DNA of 64,000 nt from positions 1,112-65,111 of the forward strand of contig CAYUKU010000006.1 of assembly GCA_964445435.1 (NCBI GenBank), in the 5' to 3' direction. Under the pieces are notes generated by a model that had not been told where the DNA came from, made no database searches, and saw nothing but the letters and a program-made list of their open reading frames with translations. The translations under genes were made by a program, and so were the position numbers. This stretch comes from an uncultured Gammaproteobacteria bacterium (lineage in GTDB: Bacteria; Patescibacteriota; Microgenomatia; UBA10105; UBA927). Positions within the stretch are counted from its first letter, which is position 1. Each line of letters opens with the position of its first letter. Positions 18,934 to 29,172 of this stretch are shown piece by piece.

Positions 18934-20250
18934 TCACTGCTCGTTGTATAGCAAAACAGCCCATACAGACAGGAAAACAAGTATAGCAAACTGGGCAAAT
19001 ACATTCCGGCGGGCAAAAATCGCCATGCGCTTGCTGGAAACAAACTCAGGGAGGATACCCGTGGCAAACCAGAGGATAATCCCCCGGTACATCGGATAGG
19101 AAAATCCAAATACGACTGCCCACGTTTGCGAAAGCAATGACACTGAAACGCCAAGCATAACAAACGAAAGAACAGCGAATTTGTGTACATAGTCGCGGGC
19201 AAAAACGGCAAGAGCCGTAACGAGAAACGGGTAAAAAGGATACCGATACCACCCGTGACTGGGTTCATTCGGAATCGCTGCAATATAAACAAGAAAGTAT
19301 CCCAAAAGGCCGAAGCAAAGGTATATATGCTTCTTCATATCCTTCACAAACAGCATAAACCACGCCAACCAACCGGCGTATATCCACCCGTCCACATAAT
19401 ACCGGTCAACAAGATACGGTTGAGTCAGGAGGGCATATATACTATTGAATGTCATGTCGTACCGGGCCAGTTGAAGCCGCCATAAGGAAAGAAAGAGCTT
19501 CTGATCCCACCAGAACCCGTACCCGATAAAAAGAAGGAAGAATCCGGTGACAACCCCTGTAAAAAACGCCGCATCACGATATTTTTTCCTGTATAGCAAA
19601 ATTCCGACTGACGATACGGTTGCAGCAATCCAGGGAACCTTCGCAAGAATGGCAAATCCCGCCAAGACTGCAGCAAGGTACAGGAAACGCCTTTCCCCCT
19701 TCTCTATGTATGTATGTACACAAAGGAGAATTCCCAAAAACATGGGAATGAAGAAATTCTCATTTTGCAGTATGCGCGACCCGACAACAATGGTAGGAAT
19801 AATTGCGTAAAGGAGCGAAGCAAGAAGCCCCACTTGTACGCCATACAAACGATAGGCAAACAGGTATACCATGACGATGCTCGCGACACCTAGAATAAGC
19901 GCTAATTGCCGCATGGAGGCAAATGACACGGTATACATATCAGAGGCGCCGGCGAGTCGTGCGTACGCGCCGGCTATAAGTCCAAAGACTGGAGGATGTT
20001 CCAAGTATGGCTCCACGAGCCAGAATCTCGCGCCACCTGAGGATATATAATGCGTCCGCTTCTGATACTGCGGATGAGGCGACCATGATATCGGAACGCC
20101 CGTCGTAAGAAGATTTACTCCTAACCATGTCCATGCGTACTCATCAAAGGTCGCTCCCTCGCGCGGCCAAGTTGTATACTTGTGAAACCGTAAAAGAAAT
20201 CCAACGATAAGAATCGCCGCAAGAAAAAATAGTGCGTACTTTTTGAACAT
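18934..20250 (-). CDS. ArnT/PMT_2-like GT-C glycosyltransferase
   Basis: TFDEYAW, YLEHPP, LAKVP; multi-TM. Confidence 0.8.
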   Translation of the reverse strand: MFKKYALFFLAAILIVGFLLRFHKYTTWPREGATFDEYAWTWLGVNLLTTGVPISWSPHPQYQKRTHYISSGGARFWLVEPYLEHPPVFGLIAGAYARLAGASDMYTVSFASMRQLALILGVASIVMVYLFAYRLYGVQVGLLASLLYAIIPTIVVGSRILQNENFFIPMFLGILLCVHTYIEKGERRFLYLAAVLAGFAILAKVPWIAATVSSVGILLYRKKYRDAAFFTGVVTGFFLLFIGYGFWWDQKLFLSLWRLQLARYDMTFNSIYALLTQPYLVDRYYVDGWIYAGWLAWFMLFVKDMKKHIYLCFGLLGYFLVYIAAIPNEPSHGWYRYPFYPFLVTALAVFARDYVHKFAVLSFVMLGVSVSLLSQTWAVVFGFSYPMYRGIILWFATGILPEFVSSKRMAIFARRNVFAQFAILVFLSVWAVLLYNEQ

Positions 20251-20252
20251 TG

Positions 20253-21362
20253 TTATGACGGGTTTGCTATTTCCTTTGAAAGAAGTGTTGTACTTTCATC
20301 AATAACGTTCTTCCACGAGAGACTCTTGACCCAGTTCACGCCTGCTTTCTGAAACTCCCGATAGCGCAGCATATCCCGCAAGAGAAGCAGAGCTTCCCGG
20401 GCCATTTCGCGGGGAGAATTCTCCCTAAGCACAATTCCCGTTTTGCCGTCTTTCACGACATCACACAATCCCGACACGTTATACACAACAGAGGGAGTCC
20501 ATTGGCTTGCCGCTTCCAGAACGACAAGTCCCCACCCCTCCCGAACCGAAGCGTGCAGAAGTATATGAGCTCTCCCCATCCGCTCAAGTTTCTCTCTCTG
20601 GGAGATTTTTCCCAGAAATAATACGCTTTTTTCTATTCCATACTCCCGCAACATACCTTTCAACTTACCCATGTAAGAGACGTCTCCGCCTCCGACAATC
20701 CATAATTTCGCCTCCGGCTCTTCTTTAATGATAAATGAAAACGCCTTAATGACTTCTTCGATGCCCTTCATTTTTACCACGCGACTCACAAAAATAAACG
20801 TCGGCGTTTTTTCTTTTTTCACGGGTTTATCTGTGGGTTCATTGGTTATGGGACACGGGATGGCTGTGCAATGGGATTTTGGTATCCCTAACGCCTCCAA
20901 GTGCGGTATCGTCGAAGGCGCATCCGTCCAAAAAGGAATATTTCGGTACAGTCGAAAATATAGGCGTTCAAGCGTCTTGCCGATGTAGCTTATCGGAAAC
21001 GGGACCATATAATCCCATATTTCCCCTGCAACCTCATGGATGAATGCTACTTTCGGTCCACGGACAAAAAGCGGCGTAAAGAAGGGGACGCCATGAATTT
21101 CATCGATCACAACATCAAATGAATTTCGGTTTCGAAGGTAATAGAAGGGCGCCACCAGATAAACTGTAAGTGATCCTGCGGCGCGAACTATGCTCACTCC
21201 GTCTATGATTTCATTTCTCCTGGCGCCTGAAAATGCAGCCGTAAACCATGTAACTGAATGGCCTCTTTGGACCCAGCCTTTCGCATGCTCGAGTGTCACT
21301 ATTTCCGCTCCGCCTGCTTTCGGGTGGTTCGTGTCTCTCCAGTTAAAAATGAGAATTTTCAT
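20253..21362 (-). CDS. GT4 (GT-B) glycosyltransferase
   Basis: NWRDTNHPKAGGAE, REGWGLVVLEA (Ex7E). Confidence 0.9.
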   Translation of the reverse strand: MKILIFNWRDTNHPKAGGAEIVTLEHAKGWVQRGHSVTWFTAAFSGARRNEIIDGVSIVRAAGSLTVYLVAPFYYLRNRNSFDVVIDEIHGVPFFTPLFVRGPKVAFIHEVAGEIWDYMVPFPISYIGKTLERLYFRLYRNIPFWTDAPSTIPHLEALGIPKSHCTAIPCPITNEPTDKPVKKEKTPTFIFVSRVVKMKGIEEVIKAFSFIIKEEPEAKLWIVGGGDVSYMGKLKGMLREYGIEKSVLFLGKISQREKLERMGRAHILLHASVREGWGLVVLEAASQWTPSVVYNVSGLCDVVKDGKTGIVLRENSPREMAREALLLLRDMLRYREFQKAGVNWVKSLSWKNVIDESTTLLSKEIANPS

Positions 21363-22166
21363 CTATCCGATGTTAACACGGAAATTCAAATCCGGATCAT
21401 ATCGCCATTTTCGCTTGCTCGCATCATCGTAGTATCTTCGAATTTTCAATCGATAAAATACCGCTAGGGTATCTTTCAGCATGTTAAGGATAATTTTCCA
21501 GAAGCTTTTTGATGTGATATTACTCTTCACTCCCTCAAAATTAAGCTCGACGGGCGCCTCAATGATCTTCGTGTATCCCAACCGGTGAGCAACCGCAAGA
21601 ATTTCTATATCAAAAGCAAATTGTTTCACCAGCAGTCTTGGAAGCACGTCTTCTAAGACTTTGCGCTTATATAACTTCATCCCCACCTGGGTATCGCGAA
21701 CGTCGATGCTAAAAAGAACACGCGTGAACATCTGATATCCCCATGAAAACATTCTTCGCACCACAGGATAGTGCACTTTTGACAAAGGGTGGCGCTTGCT
21801 GCCTACCACTATGTCTGCGTCCTCCCACAGGAGAGTATCGAGCATCAGTCGCAGCCCTTGCGGTTTCAGGTCACCTCCCGCGTCCATAAATCCGACGATA
21901 TCCCCATGACTCTGGGCCATTCCGTAACGGACGGCGTATCCTTTCCCCTTGTTTACTTTGTATCCTACGACACTGACCCGTGAATCATTTACCTTTTTCG
22001 CCGCCTCCCGGCTGCCGTCCATATCTCCGTCTATGACGGCTATGACTTCAAAGGGAAACGGAAGCGTATCAAGGACCTTCAGAACTTGTCGAATATCACG
22101 GGCGATCGTATCCGCCTGTTTATACACCGGGATGATAATTGACAGTTTACTTTTTTCGTTCTGCAT
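21363..22166 (-). CDS. GT2 polyprenyl-phosphate sugar synthase (DPM/DPG-synthase-like)
   Basis: NKGKGYAVRYG, VVGSKR, DTQVGMK, FAFDIEIL; start MQNEK at 22166. Confidence 0.85.
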   Translation of the reverse strand: MQNEKSKLSIIIPVYKQADTIARDIRQVLKVLDTLPFPFEVIAVIDGDMDGSREAAKKVNDSRVSVVGYKVNKGKGYAVRYGMAQSHGDIVGFMDAGGDLKPQGLRLMLDTLLWEDADIVVGSKRHPLSKVHYPVVRRMFSWGYQMFTRVLFSIDVRDTQVGMKLYKRKVLEDVLPRLLVKQFAFDIEILAVAHRLGYTKIIEAPVELNFEGVKSNITSKSFWKIILNMLKDTLAVFYRLKIRRYYDDASKRKWRYDPDLNFRVNIG

Positions 22167-23388
22167 AGGGATAGAACAACAAAAGAATAATGAATAATCC
22201 ACCGACCAAAATCGTGTTATTGACGATCACAGTCGTGAGATTTTCGTGTGCCAGCGATATGATGACCGCTTGGAGTATGGCCGCCCCCGCGCTAAATACC
22301 CAAATCTGCGTTCTGCCGAGGGCTATATACATCGTCGTAAACAGATTCACGAGCGTATAGAGGGAGATAAAAAGTCCGAATATGCCCAGGTATCCGCTTG
22401 CAGAAGCGAATGCCGGTCCGAAAAGCAGATTCACAACCATTTCCGGAAAAAGGGAATATACTGCAGTCAATCCGAATGATATGGCTGCGACGAGGACGAG
22501 AGCCGCAAAAATAATTTTCCCGTATGATTTTCCCAATTCCTTGCGCTCCGCGAGCATCGGGAATGCCACCTGACCGATGGAATAAGAAGCAAAAAAAATT
22601 ATTTTCCCTAAAACGGAAAGCGACGAGTACACTCCTGCATCAACGGGATTGAAAAAATGCTTCACCAGAACTACATCCAGACTGTACAATGCGTTTACAG
22701 AAAATACAGCCACAAATGTGGGTATCGAATAATACAACGCGTGAGCTGGTGAGAGCGAAATAACCCGCTCTTTGTGGGCAAGAAAAGGCCTCAAGGGTAC
22801 GAATGACGACACATACCCGACAAGCGATGCGATGACGTTTGCCCCGAGCGTCCATCCTACGCCAAAAACAGCGGCAACGGCACCGAAAACCAAACGAAGC
22901 ACTCCCCCCAGTGCGTTCACCACGGAAATCGCGACGAACTGTTGGTACGCCTGAAGGACGCTTATGTTAACGATGGTAAAAAGAAATGCCCCGAACATGA
23001 GATACAAAAAGATGAGGTTTATCTTCGCCTCAATATTCAAAAACGATGCGAGTGCGCCCACAAACGGAAGAAGCAAAACAAGAGCAATACCTTCTGCAAA
23101 AAGAAGTAGTCTTGAAATGCGCACAAACAGACGCCTCCCCTGTCCGTGATCATCCTTTGCCCGTAGCTGGGAAAAGAATTTGACAAGAATATTCTGAGCA
23201 ATAACAGAGGGGGAATTTAAGATGTAAAAAATAGACAAGAGTGCAGCCAATTCCCCATAGCCCGCCGGACCAAGCGTGCGCCCGACCACCAGGTGATATA
23301 TATACGCAAGCACGTTCGTAAGCATCGTACCTGCAAACATAACTGCGCTGTTTCGAAAAAACGGGTGATGTACGATTTTTTTCAGCAT
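22147..23388 (-). CDS. oligosaccharide flippase (Wzx/MOP family)
   Basis: About 12 TM, RTLGPAGYG, DVVLVKHFF..AGVYS; start MLKKIV at 23388. Confidence 0.85.
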   Translation of the reverse strand: MLKKIVHHPFFRNSAVMFAGTMLTNVLAYIYHLVVGRTLGPAGYGELAALLSIFYILNSPSVIAQNILVKFFSQLRAKDDHGQGRRLFVRISRLLLFAEGIALVLLLPFVGALASFLNIEAKINLIFLYLMFGAFLFTIVNISVLQAYQQFVAISVVNALGGVLRLVFGAVAAVFGVGWTLGANVIASLVGYVSSFVPLRPFLAHKERVISLSPAHALYYSIPTFVAVFSVNALYSLDVVLVKHFFNPVDAGVYSSLSVLGKIIFFASYSIGQVAFPMLAERKELGKSYGKIIFAALVLVAAISFGLTAVYSLFPEMVVNLLFGPAFASASGYLGIFGLFISLYTLVNLFTTMYIALGRTQIWVFSAGAAILQAVIISLAHENLTTVIVNNTILVGGLFIILLLFYPYAERKK

Positions 23389-23393
23389 ATGTT

Positions 23394-24080
23394 CTAGTGG
23401 AAAAATCTCAATCTTATCAGCGTTACGAGCGCAGCAAGGCCGTCCTTCCATGTGAGCTTCTTCCCTTCATGAAACTTGCGTCCGAAATACGAAATCGGTA
23501 CCTCATAAATCTGGTGCCCTGAGAGCAGAACCTTCGCCGTAAATTCCGGCTCGAAATCAAACCGTCTCGCCTGTATAGTCATCCCGTCTGTCACGCTTTT
23601 ACGGAACACTTTGTAGCCGGTCTCCATGTCGGTAATGTTGGTGTTAAAAAGGAGATTCGTTACGAGCGTCACAAATTTATTCCCAAGCGCATACACAAAC
23701 ATGGTCGACAGATGCGGACCGAGAAACCTCGACCCGTATACGACAGTCACCCGGGGATTTTTAAAAGGAAGAAGAAGCGTTTTATAGTCGCTGGGGCTAT
23801 ACTCAAGATCAGCATCCTGAATGATAATAATGTCTCCGGTCGCACGGGCAATTCCCGCCGTTACCGCGGATCCCTTACCGCCGTTTGTCTTCTTATAGAG
23901 AACAGTTGCCTCTTTTTCCCAGGATTTGAGCACGGTTCTGGTCCCGTCTGTCGACCCGTCGTCGATGACGATTATCTCCTTCCTCCAGCCGGGGAGATTT
24001 TCATCCCGCACACGGTTGAGAATCGTTTCGATTGTTGCCTGTTCGTTATAAACCGGAATGATTATTGAGAGTTTTTTCAT
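23394..24080 (-). CDS. GT2 polyprenyl-phosphate sugar synthase (DPM1-like)
   Basis: IIPVYNE, DDGSTDGT, QDADLEY, VYGSRF, TDMETGYK. Confidence 0.9.
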   Translation of the reverse strand: MKKLSIIIPVYNEQATIETILNRVRDENLPGWRKEIIVIDDGSTDGTRTVLKSWEKEATVLYKKTNGGKGSAVTAGIARATGDIIIIQDADLEYSPSDYKTLLLPFKNPRVTVVYGSRFLGPHLSTMFVYALGNKFVTLVTNLLFNTNITDMETGYKVFRKSVTDGMTIQARRFDFEPEFTAKVLLSGHQIYEVPISYFGRKFHEGKKLTWKDGLAALVTLIRLRFFH

Positions 24081-25116
24081 ATACGTTTGCCGTACCTACG
24101 GCTACTTTCTTCCAGGTAAACTGTTTTGCCCAGTCAAGTCCTTTTTGAACCAGTTCTTTTCTTTTGGAAGCCGATAGCGAAACTGCCGTCTTAAGACCAC
24201 GAAGAATATCATCAGGACGAGTCGGATTTATGCGTATTGACGGCCCGGAAATCTCATTCAGACTCGCTACATCGCTTGTTACGACCGGGCAGCCGCACGA
24301 AAGAGCCTCAAGCACCGGAAATCCAAAACCCTCGGCAAATGACGGAAAAACACACGCCGTCGCAAGCGAGTAAAAAGCGGCAAGGTCACTATCAGAAATA
24401 AACCCAGGAGTGATGACCTCCCCATTGAGGTTATGCTCCGCCACAAAACGGCGAATTTCGGCTGTCTGTTCCAGATCTGCATCAAGAAACGCTCTCCCCA
24501 CCAGTATGACCTGAAAGTCGCTCTTGGTTTCCCTTTTATATAGATCAATCGCCGCAAGAAGACCCATGACGTTCTTATTCCAATTTACGTCACCGACATA
24601 GAGAAAAAACTTCTCCCTTATCGAATATCTCTTTTTGAGAGAAAGAAGCATCCTTTTGTCCGTTACCTGACGCAGTGTGCTTCGTGGGGCAAGCGGCACC
24701 GGGAAAATTCGGCCCGACGGAATTCCAAAGAAGCGCTTGATATCCTCTTTTGACGCCCGGGAGTCTGTTATCACCGCATTGGCGACTGCCCTGACTGCCT
24801 GTTTTTGTACCTGCCACTTGATCTCACCCCGGATACCACGGGGAAAGTGTTCGGGATACGCAATGGGAATAAGATCATGAATTGTCACCACGATGGGTTT
24901 GGAACTTCTCCACGGCATCGTCAGGAAAAACGGATCGAAGAAAGGATAGTGGATGACATCAACTGAGGAATCCACGGACGATATATCCGAAAATTGGCTC
25001 ACCGTAATATCGGACGCATATGCTCCCAGCGCTCGAATGAGTTCTTTTGTATACAGTCCAATTCCCCTCCCACTGTGACCACCCGAAAGCGGTATCGTAT
25101 TTATGGCGATATGCAT
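24046..25116 (-). CDS. GT4 glycosyltransferase (MtfB/WbaZ-like mannosyltransferase type)
   Basis: VVTIHDLIP, FPSFAEGFGFPVLEA. Confidence 0.9.
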   Translation of the reverse strand: MHIAINTIPLSGGHSGRGIGLYTKELIRALGAYASDITVSQFSDISSVDSSVDVIHYPFFDPFFLTMPWRSSKPIVVTIHDLIPIAYPEHFPRGIRGEIKWQVQKQAVRAVANAVITDSRASKEDIKRFFGIPSGRIFPVPLAPRSTLRQVTDKRMLLSLKKRYSIREKFFLYVGDVNWNKNVMGLLAAIDLYKRETKSDFQVILVGRAFLDADLEQTAEIRRFVAEHNLNGEVITPGFISDSDLAAFYSLATACVFPSFAEGFGFPVLEALSCGCPVVTSDVASLNEISGPSIRINPTRPDDILRGLKTAVSLSASKRKELVQKGLDWAKQFTWKKVAVGTANVYEKTLNNHSGL

Positions 25117-25140
25117 AATAAAGTTCGAGTCTCTTTTTGA

Positions 25141-26724
25141 TTAAGAAATCCTCGTTTTGATGACTTTTAGTATAGCCCATACGGATAGCCATAACAAACT
25201 TAAAAAGGATATACTATCGGCCATTTTCCGAAACGGCGTCTCGCCGAAAGCGATAGTAATTTTATGCGTTCCGTCCGGTACCGTAAAACGAAGTATTCCT
25301 GTTTTCGTATTCTCAAACTCCCGCGGTATCGCATCGATCGAAAGTTTCCAGCCAGGATAGAAAAGTGTGTTCATTGAAATTGTGGACGGGCCGTCAGATT
25401 CAACGGTGAATGATGAATCTATGGCCCGGATCCGCTCATCCCGTATCGTAGCTGTTCCCGCCACGACGTCTATTTTTGTCTCTGGACGGTCTTTTTTCCA
25501 TGGCGTCCATACAGTTGAAAAGGTATTGCCTATGGATGACGTACCGTCGGTGAATTCGGGTCTCGTGAAATAATAGGAATCAGACCGTGACGCATATACA
25601 ACCGGACGCATGTATGACTTCGATGCAAAAACACTAAGGACAGCGAGACTTACGCCGACCCATCCCGGATATGAAGCCGCTACACGCGCGGCCAAAAACG
25701 CCGTCACCGGAAGCATGACGGCAAGCAATCTCCACGGATATTGAATAAATGGAAGAAAAGGAAGCCCTTCCCAAAGCGGTTTTGAAATTTCGAGCATGAG
25801 CAATAAACCGATCGCTGCGACCAGAAGAAACAATCGGTGTACCGGCAGCGCCTCTTTTGAAGCGCGTCTCAGAAGCGAAAGAGTCACAACGATAAGCGGA
25901 ACCAGTCCGATCTGAAATGACATTTCATCGCTCGTAAGCTGCCGCACCGAAAATCCGGTACCCCATGAAGGAAGAAGAAGCTGCACAAGAAGCGGAAAAT
26001 GATCTGCGAAATTAACACTATTGAGTCCGGTGACAAATACGCGCTCCACGAGTGCGGGAATCCAAAAATAGGCGGATAGTAACAGTCCGACGAAAAGAAA
26101 TCCGATGAGTCGCCTACCTCTCACCATCGTATAGCACAACAGTATTGGCGCAAGTACCATCGCCATAATATTGTGGCTTAGAACAAGAAACGCAAAGGCC
26201 GCGGAAACGACAAGCGGCAGGGAGTGCTCCACGGCAGACAGAGCAACGAAAAACCACGCAATTGCCCAAACCTCTCCGATCGAACCGCGAACGTATATAT
26301 CCACGAACCAATACGGGATGGTTGCAAAAATTATGGTCGCTACGGCAGCATGCCTCCGTAAAACCCATCGGGATAGCCAGAGGTAACACGCGCCGATTGC
26401 AAGAAAATACCCGAGTGCTAAGGCAACTTTGAAAGAATCAACAAAGCTCAGTCCTGCTACATGAAGAAGAAATCCGATATAGTTGGGAAACGGATAATGG
26501 AAAATAAATAACGGAATTCCATACCCGCTGTTAAGATCAGGTGCCCACCTCGGAAATACATGTCCTTCGCTCAATACACGGGCGAATTGCCAGAATCTGA
26601 TTATGTGATACTCTCCGTCATGGGTCGGTATGAAACCCGGACCAAACAGCGGAAACGCCGCGAAAAGCGCAATTACTCCCACGATGCCCAGCCAAAACAC
26701 CTCAATCTTTGATAGTTTTCCCAT
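25141..26724 (-). CDS. GT-C membrane protein, 'PTPS-related domain' (PF10131-like) family
   Basis: THDGEYH, PRWAPDLNSGYG, RGSIGE, QYPWR, FYPGW; start MGKLSK at 26724. Confidence 0.8.
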   Translation of the reverse strand: MGKLSKIEVFWLGIVGVIALFAAFPLFGPGFIPTHDGEYHIIRFWQFARVLSEGHVFPRWAPDLNSGYGIPLFIFHYPFPNYIGFLLHVAGLSFVDSFKVALALGYFLAIGACYLWLSRWVLRRHAAVATIIFATIPYWFVDIYVRGSIGEVWAIAWFFVALSAVEHSLPLVVSAAFAFLVLSHNIMAMVLAPILLCYTMVRGRRLIGFLFVGLLLSAYFWIPALVERVFVTGLNSVNFADHFPLLVQLLLPSWGTGFSVRQLTSDEMSFQIGLVPLIVVTLSLLRRASKEALPVHRLFLLVAAIGLLLMLEISKPLWEGLPFLPFIQYPWRLLAVMLPVTAFLAARVAASYPGWVGVSLAVLSVFASKSYMRPVVYASRSDSYYFTRPEFTDGTSSIGNTFSTVWTPWKKDRPETKIDVVAGTATIRDERIRAIDSSFTVESDGPSTISMNTLFYPGWKLSIDAIPREFENTKTGILRFTVPDGTHKITIAFGETPFRKMADSISFLSLLWLSVWAILKVIKTRIS

Positions 26725-27871
26725 AAAACGCAGTCGCAATAAGGGTACGCAGTCCGTACGTTTTCACATACCAACCGCAGTAAAGAAGTACCGGAATAAC
26801 GGTGAAGAGTATTCGCAACATGGGACCCGCCCCTGCGTACTCTCTAGTAAGGATGTAGGGCAGGTGCCGAAAGGAAAGACCGATGCTCAAAGCCAGAGAG
26901 AATCCGTGCAAGAATGACTTCTTTGTTATGGGAATAAGTGCCACAAACGCCAAAAACCAAACCGCATACCACGGATACAGCTCTTCGCGGATAGGAGCGA
27001 AAATCACAAACACGCCAAACAGCAACCAATACGCGGCTGTGTAGCGCCTCGCCGCATCCCAGGTCCTCAAAAATAGGATAGGCAAAAGCACAATCGTCGC
27101 TCCTTTTATGCCTACTGACAATGCCCAGACGGTAACCCTGTCGATCAGATTCTCTTTGCGAAGGCCGAATGCTCCTATTGCCAGAACTGCCAAAACCATC
27201 ATGACGATATCATTGTGAGCAGAAACAAGTATTTCAATAAGAACGAGTGGGTTAAGCCCGAAAAAAAGAACCTGCCGCATACTGCCCGTATTCTTCCAGA
27301 TCAGAAAAAGCATGAGAAGGTATCCCATGCTCATAACCGCCTTGAATGAAATCATCGTCAGCCATACGTTTCCACGGCCTATCATATAAGGCACATAGGA
27401 CACTGCAAGCCATACGGGACCGTACAGAGCAACTTTGTTGGCGGCCCGGGTGTACGCGAGGGCGGGTTCGTTGGGTATTTCGATCGGCATAACGATGTAG
27501 GGGTTTTCCTTATGCGCGTACAAGACACGGGCAGTCGTCATGTAATTGAAAATATCGTACGTAAATGCAGGAAATGAAAACAGCAACAATCCGGCAACAG
27601 CAAAGAAAAAAAGTTTCACTTTCGCGGGCGAGACGGATTCCAACCGGGATTTTGTGAAGCGCATAACGGTCGCATAATATCCATAGAGCGCCAACAGAAT
27701 CGCAACGTACAACACGCCGGCGATCTTCATGTGTTCGTACACGAGCCGTGAAAGGGGCTGCTGAACAACGGTAAACCAGTTCGCATTCGTAAGATGCAAG
27801 TTAAGATCCACAAAGGCCCAGGAATATACAAACAGAAGGAAAAGAACGATAAAATATCCCAGAAGCATCAT
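26702..27871 (-). CDS. GT-C glycosyltransferase, MptA/MptB-like
   Basis: YDIFNY, ENPY, LYGPVW, LNPLV, AHNDIVM; paralog of 60835..61935. Confidence 0.75.
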   Translation of the reverse strand: MMLLGYFIVLFLLFVYSWAFVDLNLHLTNANWFTVVQQPLSRLVYEHMKIAGVLYVAILLALYGYYATVMRFTKSRLESVSPAKVKLFFFAVAGLLLFSFPAFTYDIFNYMTTARVLYAHKENPYIVMPIEIPNEPALAYTRAANKVALYGPVWLAVSYVPYMIGRGNVWLTMISFKAVMSMGYLLMLFLIWKNTGSMRQVLFFGLNPLVLIEILVSAHNDIVMMVLAVLAIGAFGLRKENLIDRVTVWALSVGIKGATIVLLPILFLRTWDAARRYTAAYWLLFGVFVIFAPIREELYPWYAVWFLAFVALIPITKKSFLHGFSLALSIGLSFRHLPYILTREYAGAGPMLRILFTVIPVLLYCGWYVKTYGLRTLIATAFYGKTIKD

Positions 27872-28395
27872 AGGGCATCCACGAGAGTCAAAACGGTTTC
27901 CCGCATCTGAATTGCTTCACGGATGTTTCGTCCAAGAGGAAGTTCGGTAGTGTTGGATTTTTCCGGCTGCCAGAGGAATGTTTCCGGCGCCTTCCAGGAA
28001 ATGCTTTCCAACACACCTCTATGAACTTCAACTGCTTCCTGCACGGTCTTCTTCATAACCGTTATATCCTTCTTCTGTCTTTGTGCGTCTTTCACATACA
28101 TGGGAATACTCTGGAATTGGACTGTACTGCGCTTGAGCGCATCGTCAGCCAGTAAATACTGTTTATATTCAAAGAGTGTTTTCGCCTCAACTAAATACTT
28201 GTCCGAAAGTCCGAGATGATAGCGAAATGAAGCGATATTACCCCAATACCAATAGCCTTTCAGCGTGTCCATCATCCGCGAAACACGATAGAGCTTGTTG
28301 CCGGGCATGTATGACGGATAGGGCAGCACATACTCAGCCTGCACGCGGGGCACCAAAGACAACACCAGAATCATAAATACGAATACTTTCTTCAT
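27868..28395 (-). CDS. exported helical protein, DUF5667-like
   Basis: Signal peptide ending VQA, then YVLPYPSYMPGNKLY resembling the DUF5667 N-terminal motif. Confidence 0.6.
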   Translation of the reverse strand: MKKVFVFMILVLSLVPRVQAEYVLPYPSYMPGNKLYRVSRMMDTLKGYWYWGNIASFRYHLGLSDKYLVEAKTLFEYKQYLLADDALKRSTVQFQSIPMYVKDAQRQKKDITVMKKTVQEAVEVHRGVLESISWKAPETFLWQPEKSNTTELPLGRNIREAIQMRETVLTLVDAL

Positions 28396-28398
28396 GCC

Positions 28399-29172
28399 TT
28401 ATCGCAACTTTAGATACTTCCTATACGCGATTGCCCAATGAAGGGCTGAGTACACTGCAAACTCAAGCCCTGCAAGTCCGTCCACGAACCCCTTATGCCT
28501 AACGTAAAGAGTAAGAAACGTCATCATCGGTTTACAATAATTGTAGTAAAGATAGAAAAAGGGTGTTTTTGGAGTCTTCTTCCGGAGAAATTCGCCCGCA
28601 GTTAGTGTCGTATAGCTGTCTGCTTTTCTCCAATAGTCCTGACGCGTCCTGTATGAATAATGAAGAAGCGGCTGGGTCAAATATCCGACTGTCCCTTCCA
28701 CCTCAATCTGTTCATGCACGCTTTTCGAAGGAAACCGCCCCTTTCCCCTTCGTATCAGGCGAATAACGTAGTCTGGGTACTGACCGCCTTTCCTCATAAA
28801 GTGGCCCCAGAAATAATTTTTCCGGGGGATAAAAAATCCGTTCTCTTTTGGCAATGCTGCAATTGTATCTCTTATTTCTTCTTTCAGCTGGGCAGTTACA
28901 ATCTCGTCGGCGTCCAGCTGAAGAATCCAGTCGCTTGTACATGCTTGCAGCGCTTTCTGTTTGTTGATGTGAAATATCGACGGGTTGTCGGTCGTGATAA
29001 CGTTTTTGGTAAACTGTCTGGCAATCGTACGTGTTTTATCGCTTGACCCGCCATCAACCACAACGATTTCATCTGCCCAATCATCCACCGCAGAAAGGCA
29101 TGCTTCAATATTTTTCTCTTCGTTGAATACCGCTATTGCAACTGAGAGTGTCGGCGTTTTTTTGCTGGCCAT
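28399..29172 (-). CDS. GT2 glycosyltransferase (LgtF/WaaE beta-1,4-glucosyltransferase-like)
   Basis: FNEE, WILQLDADE, YPDYVIRL, VHE. Confidence 0.88.
   Translation of the reverse strand: MASKKTPTLSVAIAVFNEEKNIEACLSAVDDWADEIVVVDGGSSDKTRTIARQFTKNVITTDNPSIFHINKQKALQACTSDWILQLDADEIVTAQLKEEIRDTIAALPKENGFFIPRKNYFWGHFMRKGGQYPDYVIRLIRRGKGRFPSKSVHEQIEVEGTVGYLTQPLLHYSYRTRQDYWRKADSYTTLTAGEFLRKKTPKTPFFYLYYNYCKPMMTFLTLYVRHKGFVDGLAGLEFAVYSALHWAIAYRKYLKLR

Noticed and set aside
25141-26724. Literal 6-pyruvoyl-tetrahydropterin synthase or queuosine function for PF10131-like proteins
   Set aside because: These are multi-TM proteins with no T-fold PTPS motifs; context indicates glycosyltransferases
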